Source: an uncultured delta proteobacterium
GTDB lineage: Bacteria > Myxococcota_A > UBA9160 > UBA4427
DNA: 64,000 nt
NCBI GenBank assembly: GCA_963822965.1
Contig: CAWGJT010000014.1
Location: 32,001-96,000, forward strand
Direction: 5' to 3'
Shown: positions 19,595 through 29,067 of the stretch, piece by piece
How positions within the stretch are numbered: position 1 is the first letter of the stretch
Layout: each line of letters opens with the position of its first letter
Position numbers and translations under genes: made by a program
The notes under the pieces: generated by a model
The model's database searches: none
The model's input: only the letters and a program-made list of their open reading frames with translations
Told to the model about the DNA's origin: nothing

Positions 19595-21130
19595 TCACTC
19601 GGGGCACGGCCGGCCGGCCCGGGCGAGCACTTCGCACACGGCGGGAACCACCGGCAGCCGTCGCGGGCTCTTCCCGGGCCGCGCGTTCGCCTGCTGGAAG
19701 AGCGCGGTGCGCGCCGCCCCGGGCGGGACCCCCGCGCCCATCACCAGGGCCAGGGTGCCCGTCACGTGAGCCGCCGCAAAGCTCGTCCCGCTGCCGAACG
19801 CGAAGGCGGAGCCCGGCACGCTCGAGAGCACCTCCACGCCCGGTGCGAGAAGCTCGGCGGACGCGCCGCGGTTGCTGCGCGCGTACATGACGACCCTCCC
19901 GATCCATCGCCCCCACGCCGATCACGGAGGGATAGGCGGCAGGGTAGCGAGGCTCGTCGGGTTGCCTCGTTGCCTGCGGCCGCCACGACGAGCGACGCCG
20001 AGCACGTCCAGGCGTTCCATGCCGCGCGCGAGCAGCGGGTTCTCCGGCCCCACGATCGACAGGTTCACGAGCGAGGCCTTCGCCTCCCAGGCGCGGTCGA
20101 GGCCGCGCAGCACCGTGAAGAGGGGGCATGCGTCGCTGGCCGACGCGCCTTCGGGCGTGCACACGGGGACGGCCACGATCTGAGCGGCCGGCGCGAGGCC
20201 GGCGATGCCGAAGCCGTTGTCCGTGACGGCGTCGACGATGCCCGTGACCAGCGTGCCGTGGGCGCCCGGCGCATCCCCCGGCCCGTCCTCGACGCGCGCG
20301 ACTCGATCGGGCCGAGATCCCGGTGGTCCGTCTGCGGGGCCGAGTCGAGGATCGCGACGCGCACGCCGGCGCCCCGGGAGACGCTCTGCGCCTGCTCGAC
20401 CCGCGCCACGTCGAGCCCCACTGCAGGTCGCGATAGGGATCGGGCCGCGGCGCCGCGGCTTCGGCGACGCCCGGCGCGCCTGCGTGCCGGCGGATCGGCA
20501 GGAACGGATCTCCGCGTCGGCGGTGCGGTAGATGTGGTTCGGCACCAGGGCCGCCGTGTCGGGCAGCTTGGGGACGAGGTCTTCCGGCCGGTCCTCCTCG
20601 CGGCCGGTGATGCGCGCCAGGGTGGCGCACAGCACCGGGCTGAAGAACGACTCTGCGACGCGCGCATGTGGCGACAGCTCGAAGTCCTCGGGCAGCTTGC
20701 CGTCGGGACCCTTGGGCAGGGCGAGGATCGCCTCGCCCGCGACCTGGCTCGGAGGCACGTCGCTGCCGCGCCCGGGCAGGCTGACGATCTGTCCGCCGTC
20801 CGGGACGTACCGGCGCGTTCGCGGTGCTCGGCGAGGCGGGCGCGATGCCGGGCTCCTGGGACGGACCGAGCTGCGCGAAGCGGCGTCGTGCGTCGAAGGG
20901 ACCGCAGCCCGGCTCGGCGGCGTCCTGGGGAGGAACCGCCCGGGCGGGCCCGGGCACCCACAGCGCAGAGCCGACCCGGCGAGCACGAGCGTCGCGACGG
21001 CGACTCAACGAAGGGCGGAGCTCGCCACCAGCACGGAGGAGACGAACCGGGTCGAGAGCAGGCGATTCGAGCGAGCCAGCGCAGAGAGAAGAGGGAGGAG
21101 GGCAAGCGCCGCGCTACGCGCGCGATCCGC
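19595..21130 (-). CDS. S8 (subtilisin-like) serine peptidase with several frameshifts; 5' end approximate
   Basis: Catalytic motifs spread over frames: VRVAILDS (Asp), HGTLVTGIV (His), VNLSIVGP, YPAAYPSVIGVGA, APGVEVLS, GSGTSFAAAHVTG (Ser). Confidence 0.8.
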
Positions 21131-21134
21131 ACCC

Positions 21135-21902
21135 TCAGGGGCGGAGCGCCTCTTCCGCCGCGCCCGGCGGGCGGAGCGCTTCCTCTGCGAAGCTCGCAAC
21201 TCCGGGTACACCGTCGCGATCCCCCGTCAACAGCTTCTTCGCGGCGGCGACGTCGACTCCCGCGCCGAGCTCCAACCGGTATACCCCGAGCTGGCTCGGA
21301 CCGCTCGTGATGCGCGCCCCGATGACCCGCAGCGCCTGCTGGATCTGGGCGGCCCGGGCGTCCCCGCGGAAGACCACGTCCAGCCGCACGGCGTCCGGGC
21401 TCCCGGCGGCGGCCGTCGGCGGGCCGGTGTCGCTCGCCGTTCGGTAGACGGGCGGTGTCGCCCGCTCGCCGCGCAGCACCGGACCCAGCAGCACGCCGGC
21501 CACCAGGGCCAGCAGCACGGACGCGGCCAGGGCCGCTGCGCGCACGGGCTCGATCCGGCGCCAGCCCCGGGTGTGCCGGGGCGTCCGGGCCTCGTGCCGC
21601 GCGTCCCGCGCTGGCTCGCCGGCCGTCGGCTCGCCCTCGTGGCGCACGCCGCCGTCGGTACGGCTCGATTCCATGCGGGCCAGCACCCGGGCGTAGACCC
21701 GTTCGGGATCCGGTGCCGGAGCGCTCGGCTCTTCCTGGCCCTGGAGGAAGCCGATCTCGTGACGACAGGCTTCGCAGCCGGCAGCGTGGGCCTCCACGGC
21801 GCCTCGTTGCGCCTCCTCGAGACCGTCGGGGTACCAGGGAATCCAGCCGAGCACGTCCTGCGGGCAGTCGGGCGGGGGCGGCACGGTTCGTTCGGGGCTC
21901 AT
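21135..21902 (-). CDS. Zinc-finger (zf-HC2/ZAS) transmembrane anti-sigma factor
   Basis: C......IPWY..G.......VEAHAAGCEAC (HxxxCxxC); TM LAASVLLALVAGVLL; C-terminal periplasmic domain (YRTAS, VVFR, I.SGPSQLGVY); ATGA overlap with the sigma gene. Confidence 0.85.
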   Translation of the reverse strand: MSPERTVPPPPDCPQDVLGWIPWYPDGLEEAQRGAVEAHAAGCEACRHEIGFLQGQEEPSAPAPDPERVYARVLARMESSRTDGGVRHEGEPTAGEPARDARHEARTPRHTRGWRRIEPVRAAALAASVLLALVAGVLLGPVLRGERATPPVYRTASDTGPPTAAAGSPDAVRLDVVFRGDARAAQIQQALRVIGARITSGPSQLGVYRLELGAGVDVAAAKKLLTGDRDGVPGVASFAEEALRPPGAAEEALRP

Positions 21903-22480
21903 GGGCGTCGTCCCGGAAGCGCGCTGGAGCTGCTCGTGCGCAGGCGGGCCCGCGCGCGGGAGACCCGGGTCTTGACCGTGTTTTCCGACACACCGAGGTG
22001 TTCGGCGATCTCCGTGTAGCTCCAGCCCTCGAGGATCGAGAGCTCCATCACCTGTCGCTGGCTCTCGGGCAGCCGCTCGATGGCGCGCAGCGCCTCGCGC
22101 ACCGCCTCCCGGGACACGAGCTCGTCGGCGGGCGTTCCGTCGCCGGCGAACTGGTGCAGCGTCTCGACGTTGGTCGGGACCACCGAAGCGATCCGCTTGC
22201 TGCTGCGATGGCGCACGGCGCTCAGGGTCTTGAAGTGCGCGATTCCGAAGATCCAGGTCGAGACCAGGGACTCGCCGCGGAAGGCGTCGGCGCTGCGCCA
22301 GATCTCGAAGAACACGTCCGCCACCACCTCCTCGGCCAGGGAGTCGTCCCCGAGCCTTCGCCGTACCATGCCGAACACGCGACGGTAGTAGCGGTCGAAC
22401 AGGGCCCGGTGGGCGGCGACGTCCTGGCTCCGCGCGATCCGCGCGACGCGCTCGCGATCGTCGGCGTCGGTGTCACTCAC
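21899..22480 (-). CDS. ECF (sigma70 group 4) RNA polymerase sigma factor
   Basis: AEEVVADVFFEIWRSADAFRGES.VSTWIFGIA (region 2); LPESQRQV..L...EGWSYTEIAEHLGVSENTVKTRVSRAR (region 4). Confidence 0.95.
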   Translation of the reverse strand: MSDTDADDRERVARIARSQDVAAHRALFDRYYRRVFGMVRRRLGDDSLAEEVVADVFFEIWRSADAFRGESLVSTWIFGIAHFKTLSAVRHRSSKRIASVVPTNVETLHQFAGDGTPADELVSREAVREALRAIERLPESQRQVMELSILEGWSYTEIAEHLGVSENTVKTRVSRARARLRTSSSSALPGRRP

Positions 22481-22620
22481 GGCATGTCCCTCGCTCTCGG
22501 GTGCCAGTGTGCGGCGGGCGGGGAAGGCCCGCCGCAGGTCCATGGGGTCAGTCGCGCCCGACCGGGCTCCGGTGTCGGGATTCGACGTTCTCTCGTGGCC
22601 CCCCTCGGGGTGGCCCAGGC

Positions 22621-22710
22621 GGGTCGAGTGCCAGGGGGTCGAGTGTCAGGGGGTCGGGTGCCAGCGGGTCGGGCGTCAGGGGGTCGGGCGTGAGGGGGCC
22701 GAGTGTCAGG
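22621..22710 (+). repeat. Tandem repeat, 6 x 15 bp, consensus GGGTCGRGYGTCAGG
   Basis: Units gggtcgagtgccagg, gggtcgagtgtcagg, gggtcgggtgccagc, gggtcgggcgtcagg, gggtcgggcgtgagg, gggccgagtgtcagg are contiguous. Confidence 0.9.
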
Positions 22711-23110
22711 GGCGGGCGCCCGGCAGCCCGGGCGGCAGGCTCGGCACCGGCTCGGGCTCGACGAAGGCCGGTCCCCGGGTGGACGAGCAGTCGCCGGGAT
22801 GGTCGCAGAGCTGGGGTGTGGGCGGCGCCGGCAGCGATGGGATCGGCAGCGGCGCCGCGCCGGCTCCCAGGCCCGCGGCCACCTGGACGGGAACGAAGCG
22901 CAGGGCCGGCGGGCCGCTGATGTCGAAGTCCGTGGGATCGCTGCCGCGCTCCAGCGCCCGGGGCCTGGCGCACTCGCCGGGCGGCGCGAGCCGGGCCCGA
23001 GCCGCCTCGGTGGCGCGGGCGCTGGCCTCGGCGTCGTCCGCGCGCGCGGCGGCCAGGGGACACGCCGCGACGAGCGCCGCCAGCAAGAGGATCTTCGTCG
23101 AAGCGCTCAC
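22706..23110 (-). CDS. Small secreted Pro-rich hypothetical protein
   Basis: GTGA overlap with the upstream barrel gene; signal-like SASTKILLLAALVAACPLAAARA; Cys pair CDHPGDC. Confidence 0.5.
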   Translation of the reverse strand: MSASTKILLLAALVAACPLAAARADDAEASARATEAARARLAPPGECARPRALERGSDPTDFDISGPPALRFVPVQVAAGLGAGAAPLPIPSLPAPPTPQLCDHPGDCSSTRGPAFVEPEPVPSLPPGLPGARP

Positions 23111-24815
23111 TCGCCCAGGCTCCCCTGCAGGTGAAGGCCCACGACGTGGCGGTGGTAGTCGAAGACCGCGGCGGTGGACTCGTTGTGATCGTAGCTCCAG
23201 TCGAGGGAGAGGCGCAGATGCTCGCCGAGCGCGCGGCCCAGCGAGGCCCCCACCGTCCACTCGTGCTCGCGCCGGTCGGTGCCGGCGAGGGGATACTCCT
23301 GGTTGTTGCCGGTGGGCGGATCGGGGAACGTCGAGGGATGGCGGTAGGGGCGATAGGCGAAGCCGGCCTCCGCCTCGAGGGTCACCTCGTAGGGCAGCAC
23401 CGCCGAGATGCCCCAGCGGAGGGCGTGCTGCTGGAACGAGTACTCGCGCCCGCGCGCGTCGTACCACGCGTACTCGTAGCCCGCCCATGCACCCGGGGGC
23501 GGAGAGGCCGGGCAGGGCGGGGAGCGACACGTCGTGGCGGACGCCGGCCGCGACCTCCCAGCCGTCGCGGTTGCGCGCGGTGCCCTCGTCGAGGCCGGGC
23601 GGGCCGCACTCCACCGGCAGCCCGAAGCCCGGCACCGGGGGACATGGGTCGCCGGGGGTGCCGTCGCCGCCGGGCACGTCGAAGGTGTCGAAGCGGAAGT
23701 CGTCGCGTTGGTAGCGCAGGGAGAGACGCGTGCGTCCGGCACTCCGAAAGGCGCGGAAGAGCTGGCCTTCGAAGACGTGCTCGGCCAGGTAGGGGTCGCC
23801 GTCCACCCACGCGTATCCGAACTCGTAGCGGAGGCGGCCGACGGTGTCGTCCGTGAAGGGATGGTCGAGCCACAGGGACACCGTGGGATACTGGGTGTCG
23901 TACTGGTCCACCCGATCCTGCTTGGTGCCGTAGTAGCCGGCCATCAGGCCCGCCGTCCAGGCTTCGCTCTGGAACAGCACGGCGCCGGCCGACAGGGTCC
24001 ACACACCGCGCCAGTCGCCCTCGTCGCTGATGTCGTCGGGCAGCGGGACGCCGGACCCCCGCAGCACCACGTTCGAGTCGTACTCGGCTCCCAGGCTGGC
24101 CTTCAGCCACCAGGGGTGCCGGGGCGCGTCGAGACGGGCGAGGGCGCGGCTCGCCTCCTCGGCCCACGCCGTGTCGGGCCACTGCTGGACGACCCGCGTC
24201 AGTGCGGTGCGGGCGCGTTCGCGCTCGTCGATGCGTTCCAGCGCGAGCCCCTGATAGAAGGACGAGACGGGCTCGGCGTAGTCGGGGTCGAGACCGCGGG
24301 CGCGCTCCAGGGCCGCCACGCCGGCCTCGGTCTCGGCGTCGTCGAGCAGCAGCAGACCGCGATACAGCTGCACCGACGCCCGGTCGGGATCGCGGGCCTC
24401 CGCCCGGTCCAACGCCGCCCGGGCGTCGGCCGGATGGCCCAGCGTGGTAGTGCACCATGGCCAGCGAGACGTCGAGGCCCGGGAGCTCCGGTGCTCCCGC
24501 GCGCGGCCTGCTCGAGGGCCTCGAGCGCCTGGTCGTAGCGCTGCAGCCGGAGCAGACACTCTCCCGCGACGAGGCTCACCGCGGCGTCGGCAGGATCGGC
24601 GGCGCGCGCCTTCGCCAGCTCGGGGAGCGCGGCCTCGCAGCGGCCTTCCCGGGCCAGGCGAATGCCGAGGTCGTGCGCGGCGGCGTCCGGCGGCGGCGCC
24701 GCGGCGACTCCGCCCCCGAGCAGCAGTGCGAGCGCGACGATCACCCCGGCAGCACGACGGCGGCGGGGGCTGGCTCGGAATCTCGGCGCTCGGGACAAGC
24801 GGCACTCCGTCTCAT
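23107..24815 (-). CDS. TPR + outer-membrane beta-barrel protein (Slam-like); frameshifts near 24480-24450 and 23490; start approximate
   Basis: N-terminal TPR helices (EAALPELAKARAADP, LYRGLLLL...ALERARGLDP, FYQGLAL); barrel entry LGAEYDSNV; aromatic alternating strands; C-terminal NESTAAVFDYHRHVVGLHL. Confidence 0.7.
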
Positions 24816-25564
24816 GCTCGGGCTCCGCGCGCCCGCTCGCGCCTGCGTTCCGCGGCGGCGAGCCCGGCCAGGGCGCCGCCCAGCAGCAGCCCCGTGGACG
24901 GCTCCGGCACCGACGTGTAGGACGCGGCCACCGCCAGCCCGAGCGGCGCCAGCAGCTCCGAGGCGTCCTGCACCACCAGCGGTCCGGCCACCACGTAGCG
25001 CACCAGGATCTCGGCCGACTCGCCGTCCGCGAGATCGGGCAGGGCGGCTGCGCCGTACACGTAGTCCGTACCGCCGGCCGAGTAGGCGAGCAGGCGCAGC
25101 AGGTCGGCGTCGAGCCCGATCGCCGGATCGCCCGGGTAGGTGTCCAGGGGGTCGAGCACCGTGAAGAGCAGCAGCGGGGCCAGCAGGGGGCCACCGCTCG
25201 CGTTCCGGAGGGTCCAGGTGGAATCGACGATGGCCGGGTCCTCGGGAGTGGCGACGCTCGGCAGCTGCTGGATCTGCGAGATCACCTGGGAGACGACGAC
25301 CACCGGTGCGCCCGAGGTGGGTCCCCCGGCGGCCAGGAAGAGGTCGGCCGGCGTGGCCGTCGCGTCGGGCGTGCGACCGATCGCCGCCACCGACGCGGGC
25401 GCGAAGCCCTGGCCTCCCGGGCCGTCGAAGAAGAGCGGGGTGACGTCGTCGATGGTCAGCGCGAACGCCGGCGAGGCGGCGAGCAGGCCGACGACGAGCG
25501 TCGCCCCCCAGGCGAGCAGCGCCCCCCGGAGGACCCGCCGCGCCCCGAGGATTCCGGTGTGCAT
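24812..25564 (-). CDS. PEP-CTERM surface protein
   Basis: Signal peptide ...LLAASPAFA|L; C-terminal VPEPSTGLLLGGALAGLAAAERRR. Confidence 0.88.
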   Translation of the reverse strand: MHTGILGARRVLRGALLAWGATLVVGLLAASPAFALTIDDVTPLFFDGPGGQGFAPASVAAIGRTPDATATPADLFLAAGGPTSGAPVVVVSQVISQIQQLPSVATPEDPAIVDSTWTLRNASGGPLLAPLLLFTVLDPLDTYPGDPAIGLDADLLRLLAYSAGGTDYVYGAAALPDLADGESAEILVRYVVAGPLVVQDASELLAPLGLAVAASYTSVPEPSTGLLLGGALAGLAAAERRRERARGARA

Positions 25565-25754
25565 GCGAAGCTCCACGGCCGCCGGGCGTCGTGCCCGGCT
25601 CCCTCGTGAAGTGGCACCTCGCGGCCGGATGTTGCGGAAAAGGGGGCTCCGGAACGGAGAATGGCCGGGGACGTGCGCCCCGGCCATTCCTGCGAGCGTC
25701 TCTCCGCGTTCTCGGCGGCGGTCGACGGCATCGGCGGTCTGCGCCGAGCGCCGA

Positions 25755-26726
25755 TCAGAGATCGGAGACGAGCTTGTCGTAGAAGCCCACGAAGTCGTAC
25801 TTCTCGTCTTCCTCGAGGACCGAGATCGCCGAGCGCGGGTGCTGGTTGAGCTGGCCGGTGATGTTGTACGGCACCAGGGCTCCCCACTCGTGCTTCTCGC
25901 GCAGCCCCACCATGTGGTCCTGCAGCAGCTGGTAGACGGGGCGCACCCGGTAGGCCGGGTTGCGCAGGAAGCCGATCAGCAGCTCCATCGGGCAGTTGCC
26001 GGCGCCGCGGCCCATGCCCATGGCGGTGGCGTCCACGCGGTTGGCGCCGTGGATGATCGGCCTCGATGGTGTTGGCGAAGGCGAGCTGCTGGTTGTTGTG
26101 GGCGTGGATGCCCACCTCCTTGCCGGTGCCCTCGAGCGCCTTGCGGTAGCGGTCGACGAGGCGCGCCACCTGCTCGCCGTAGAGCGAGCCGAAGCTGTCG
26201 ACCACGACGACCGTGCTGGCGGGCGTGTCCGCGCAGCACCTCGAGGGCCTGGTCGATCTCGGCGTCCTGGACGATCGAGATCGCCATGATGTTGCAGGCC
26301 ACCTCGTAGCCCTTCTGGTGGGCGTCGTTGATCATGTCCACGGCCACGGGGAGCTGGTGGACGTAGGTGGCCACCCGGATCAGGTCGAGGACGCTGTCCT
26401 TCTTGGGCAGGATGTCGGTGTGGTAGTCGGTCTTCTCGGCGTCGGCCATGGCCGAGAGCTTGAGCGGCGTGTCGTTGTCGCCGACGATGCGGCGCATGGT
26501 CGTCCTCGTCGCAGAACTTCCAGTCGCCGAACTTCGTCGGGGCGAAGAGCTTCTTCGAGCCCTTGTAGCCGAGCTCCATGTAGTCGATGCCGGCGTCGAG
26601 GCAGGTCTGGTAGACGGCCTTGACGAGGGCGTCGTCGAACAGGTGGTCGTTGATCAGACCGCCGTCGCGGACGGTGCAGTCGAGCACCTTCAGCTCGGGG
26701 CGGTAGGTGATCCACGGTGCGGTCAT
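25755..26726 (-). CDS. DRE-TIM metallolyase (HMGL-like aldolase catalytic domain); frameshifts near 26500, 26230 and 26065
   Basis: LDCTVRDGGLIN; YMELGY; VVDSFGS; GIHAHNNQQLAFANT; DAT..GMGRGAGNCPMELL. Confidence 0.85.
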   Translation of the reverse strand: MTAPWITYRPELKVLDCTVRDGGLINDHLFDDALVKAVYQTCLDAGIDYMELGYKGSKKLFAPTKFGDWKFCDEDDHAPHRRRQRHAAQALGHGRRREDRLPHRHPAQEGQRPRPDPGGHLRPPAPRGRGHDQRRPPEGLRGGLQHHGDLDRPGRRDRPGPRGAARTRPPARSSWSTASARSTASRWRASSTATARRSRAPARRWASTPTTTSSSPSPTPSRPIIHGANRVDATAMGMGRGAGNCPMELLIGFLRNPAYRVRPVYQLLQDHMVGLREKHEWGALVPYNITGQLNQHPRSAISVLEEDEKYDFVGFYDKLVSDL

Positions 26727-26871
26727 CGAAGGCTCCAGAACGCGGGTTGGGGGTCGAAGCCGGGCATTCTAGACCCACCCGGACGTGGTGGTCCAGCCAC
26801 CCCGAGGCCCGGTCGGCGTCGGCGGCGGTCGCGATCGCCCTTTCGATGCGCGGGGCCCCGCTACACTGCGA

Positions 26872-29067
26872 GTGGAGACCGAATTGGCCTTCACTTCTTC
26901 CCGGGATTCCGGCAGCTTCGAGCTCGATGCCCGCGGGTCGATCCCCGAGGGCGTGCCGTCGAGGTGGCTCGCGCGCGTGGTCGAGGCCACCGGCGCCGGC
27001 CTGTTGCCGGGTCTCGACGAAGGGGCGCCCCCGCCCCGCAGCGTCGACGAGCCGTCCTGCTGGCAGGAGGTGCTCGAGCAGGGCTGCGCCCACCACGCCC
27101 TGCGGCTGCGTGCGGTCTTCCTCTCGCCGCGCGAGGCTCTTGGGGCCGCCGGCGTCCGGACGCCGCTGGTGTGTCACGTCGCGCGGTCGGGCGGGCCGGG
27201 CTGGCTCGCGCTCCTGGAGCGGGTGCGTGGGCGCGTGCTCGCGGTGGCTCAGGACGGAAGCGAGCGCTGGCTGGACGCGCGCCAGCTCGCGACGCGGATC
27301 GGTGGGCCTGGGCCCGACACGGCGATGCCCTGGATGCTCGTGGAACCCCGGCGACCGGTCTGGGAGGCCAGCAAGCCCAGGCCCGGCGGGCGGCGACTCC
27401 CGCCGTTGACCCGGCTGGTCGGACTGGTGAAGCCCGATCGTACCGACGTCTCGTCGATCGTCCTGTATGCGATCCTGATCGGGGCGCTCACCCTCGCGAC
27501 ACCGATCGCAGTCCAGCAGCTCGTGAACTCGGTGGCCTTCGGTGGTCTCGTGCAGCCCGTCGTCGTGCTCGCGCTGCTGCTCTTCGGCGGGCTGGCCTTC
27601 TCGGCGCTGCTCTCTGTGCTCCAGGCCTACACGGCGGAGAAGATCCAGCGTCGGGTCTTCGTCCGAGTGGCGATGGATCTCGCCGAGCGTATCCCGCGCG
27701 TCGATCTCGGCGCCTTCGACACGAAGCACGGGCCCGAGCTCGTGAACCGCATCTTCGACGTCTTCACCGTGCAGAAGACCGGTGCAACGCTCCTGCTCGA
27801 GGGCACGACGGTCGTGCTCCAGACGGTCGTCGGTCTCGTGGTGCTGTCCTTCTATCACCCCCTGATGCTGGGCTTCAGCATCCTGTTGGTGGCCGGGATC
27901 GCGGTGGTGCTGCTGGTATTCGGTCGGGGCGCGGTGGACACCGCGATCGGCGAGTCCAGCACGAAGTACGCCGTGGTCGGATGGATGGAGGAGCTGGCGC
28001 GACACCCGGGGGCCTTCCGTGATCCGGGCGGCAGGCAGTACGCCGCCGAGCGCGTCGACCGCCTCGCCTCGGCTTGGGTGGGCGCCCGCCGCCGCCACTA
28101 TCGCATCGTGCTGCGTCAGCTCTCCGGCTCGCTCGGTCTCCAGGTGTTGGCGGGCACTGCGCTCCTCGCCCTGGGCGGCGGGCTCGTGGTGGCCGGCCAG
28201 CTCACCCTCGGGCAGCTCGTCGCCTCGGAGCTGATCCTCACGGCCATCGTCTCTGCCGTGGCGAAGCTGGGGAAGCAGCTCGAGAGCTTCTACGACCTGC
28301 TGGCCGCGGTGGACAAGCTGGGCGTGCTCTTCGACCTGCCGCTCGAGCGCGAGAGCGGGGGCCGACCCGTCGCGCGCCGCGGACCGGCGGGGATGGAGCT
28401 GCGGGATCTCGACTTCGGGTACGGATCCCGTCGGGTTCTGTCCGGCCTGTCCCTGAAGGTCGAGCCGGGAGACAGGCTGCTGGTCAGGGGTCCGGCCGGC
28501 GCGGGCCGTACCACCCTGTTCGAGCTCGTCCAGGGCCTTCGACAGCCGCAGGCCGGATTCATCGCGATCGACGGTCAGGACACCCGCGATCTGCTTCTCG
28601 ACGAGCTGCGCGATCTCGTGGTCTATGTGCACGCCCCCGAGATCTTCGCCGGCAGCGTGCTCGACAACATCCGGGTCACCGAGCCGGGACTCTCCACGGC
28701 GGTGGTCGATGACGCCCTGGAGCGCCTGGGGGTGCTGGACCGGATCCGGGCGCTGCCCGACGGGCTGCGTACGATGCTCGCGACCGACGGCGCCCCCCTC
28801 TCGGACGGTCTGATCGCGGCCATCATGCTCGCGCGGGCCATCGTGGCGCGTCCCCGCCTGCTGCTGCTGGACGACGCGTTCGTCCAGATCGAGGGGCCCG
28901 CACGTGCTCGCACGCTCGACACGGTCTTCGCGCCCGACGCGCCGTGGACGATCCTGGTGAGCTCGGAGAGGTCCGACGTGCGCGAACGATGTACGCGCGT
29001 CGTCGAGCTTCCACACGGCAACGACGTGAAGGCTCCGTCTCCCGCCGGCGGAATCGCACCGTGCTGA
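26872..29067 (+). CDS. Type I secretion-like ABC transporter (N-terminal extension, TMD, degenerate NBD); start uncertain
   Basis: LTLATPIAVQQLVN; GPELVNRIFDV..VQK; GQLTLGQLVASELI; Walker A GPAGAGRTT; signature LSDG; Walker B LLLLDD. Confidence 0.88.
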   Translation: METELAFTSSRDSGSFELDARGSIPEGVPSRWLARVVEATGAGLLPGLDEGAPPPRSVDEPSCWQEVLEQGCAHHALRLRAVFLSPREALGAAGVRTPLVCHVARSGGPGWLALLERVRGRVLAVAQDGSERWLDARQLATRIGGPGPDTAMPWMLVEPRRPVWEASKPRPGGRRLPPLTRLVGLVKPDRTDVSSIVLYAILIGALTLATPIAVQQLVNSVAFGGLVQPVVVLALLLFGGLAFSALLSVLQAYTAEKIQRRVFVRVAMDLAERIPRVDLGAFDTKHGPELVNRIFDVFTVQKTGATLLLEGTTVVLQTVVGLVVLSFYHPLMLGFSILLVAGIAVVLLVFGRGAVDTAIGESSTKYAVVGWMEELARHPGAFRDPGGRQYAAERVDRLASAWVGARRRHYRIVLRQLSGSLGLQVLAGTALLALGGGLVVAGQLTLGQLVASELILTAIVSAVAKLGKQLESFYDLLAAVDKLGVLFDLPLERESGGRPVARRGPAGMELRDLDFGYGSRRVLSGLSLKVEPGDRLLVRGPAGAGRTTLFELVQGLRQPQAGFIAIDGQDTRDLLLDELRDLVVYVHAPEIFAGSVLDNIRVTEPGLSTAVVDDALERLGVLDRIRALPDGLRTMLATDGAPLSDGLIAAIMLARAIVARPRLLLLDDAFVQIEGPARARTLDTVFAPDAPWTILVSSERSDVRERCTRVVELPHGNDVKAPSPAGGIAPC

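Noticed and set aside
22621..22710. Possible CRISPR array
   Set aside because: Units are 15 bp and contiguous, with no spacers and no cas genes.
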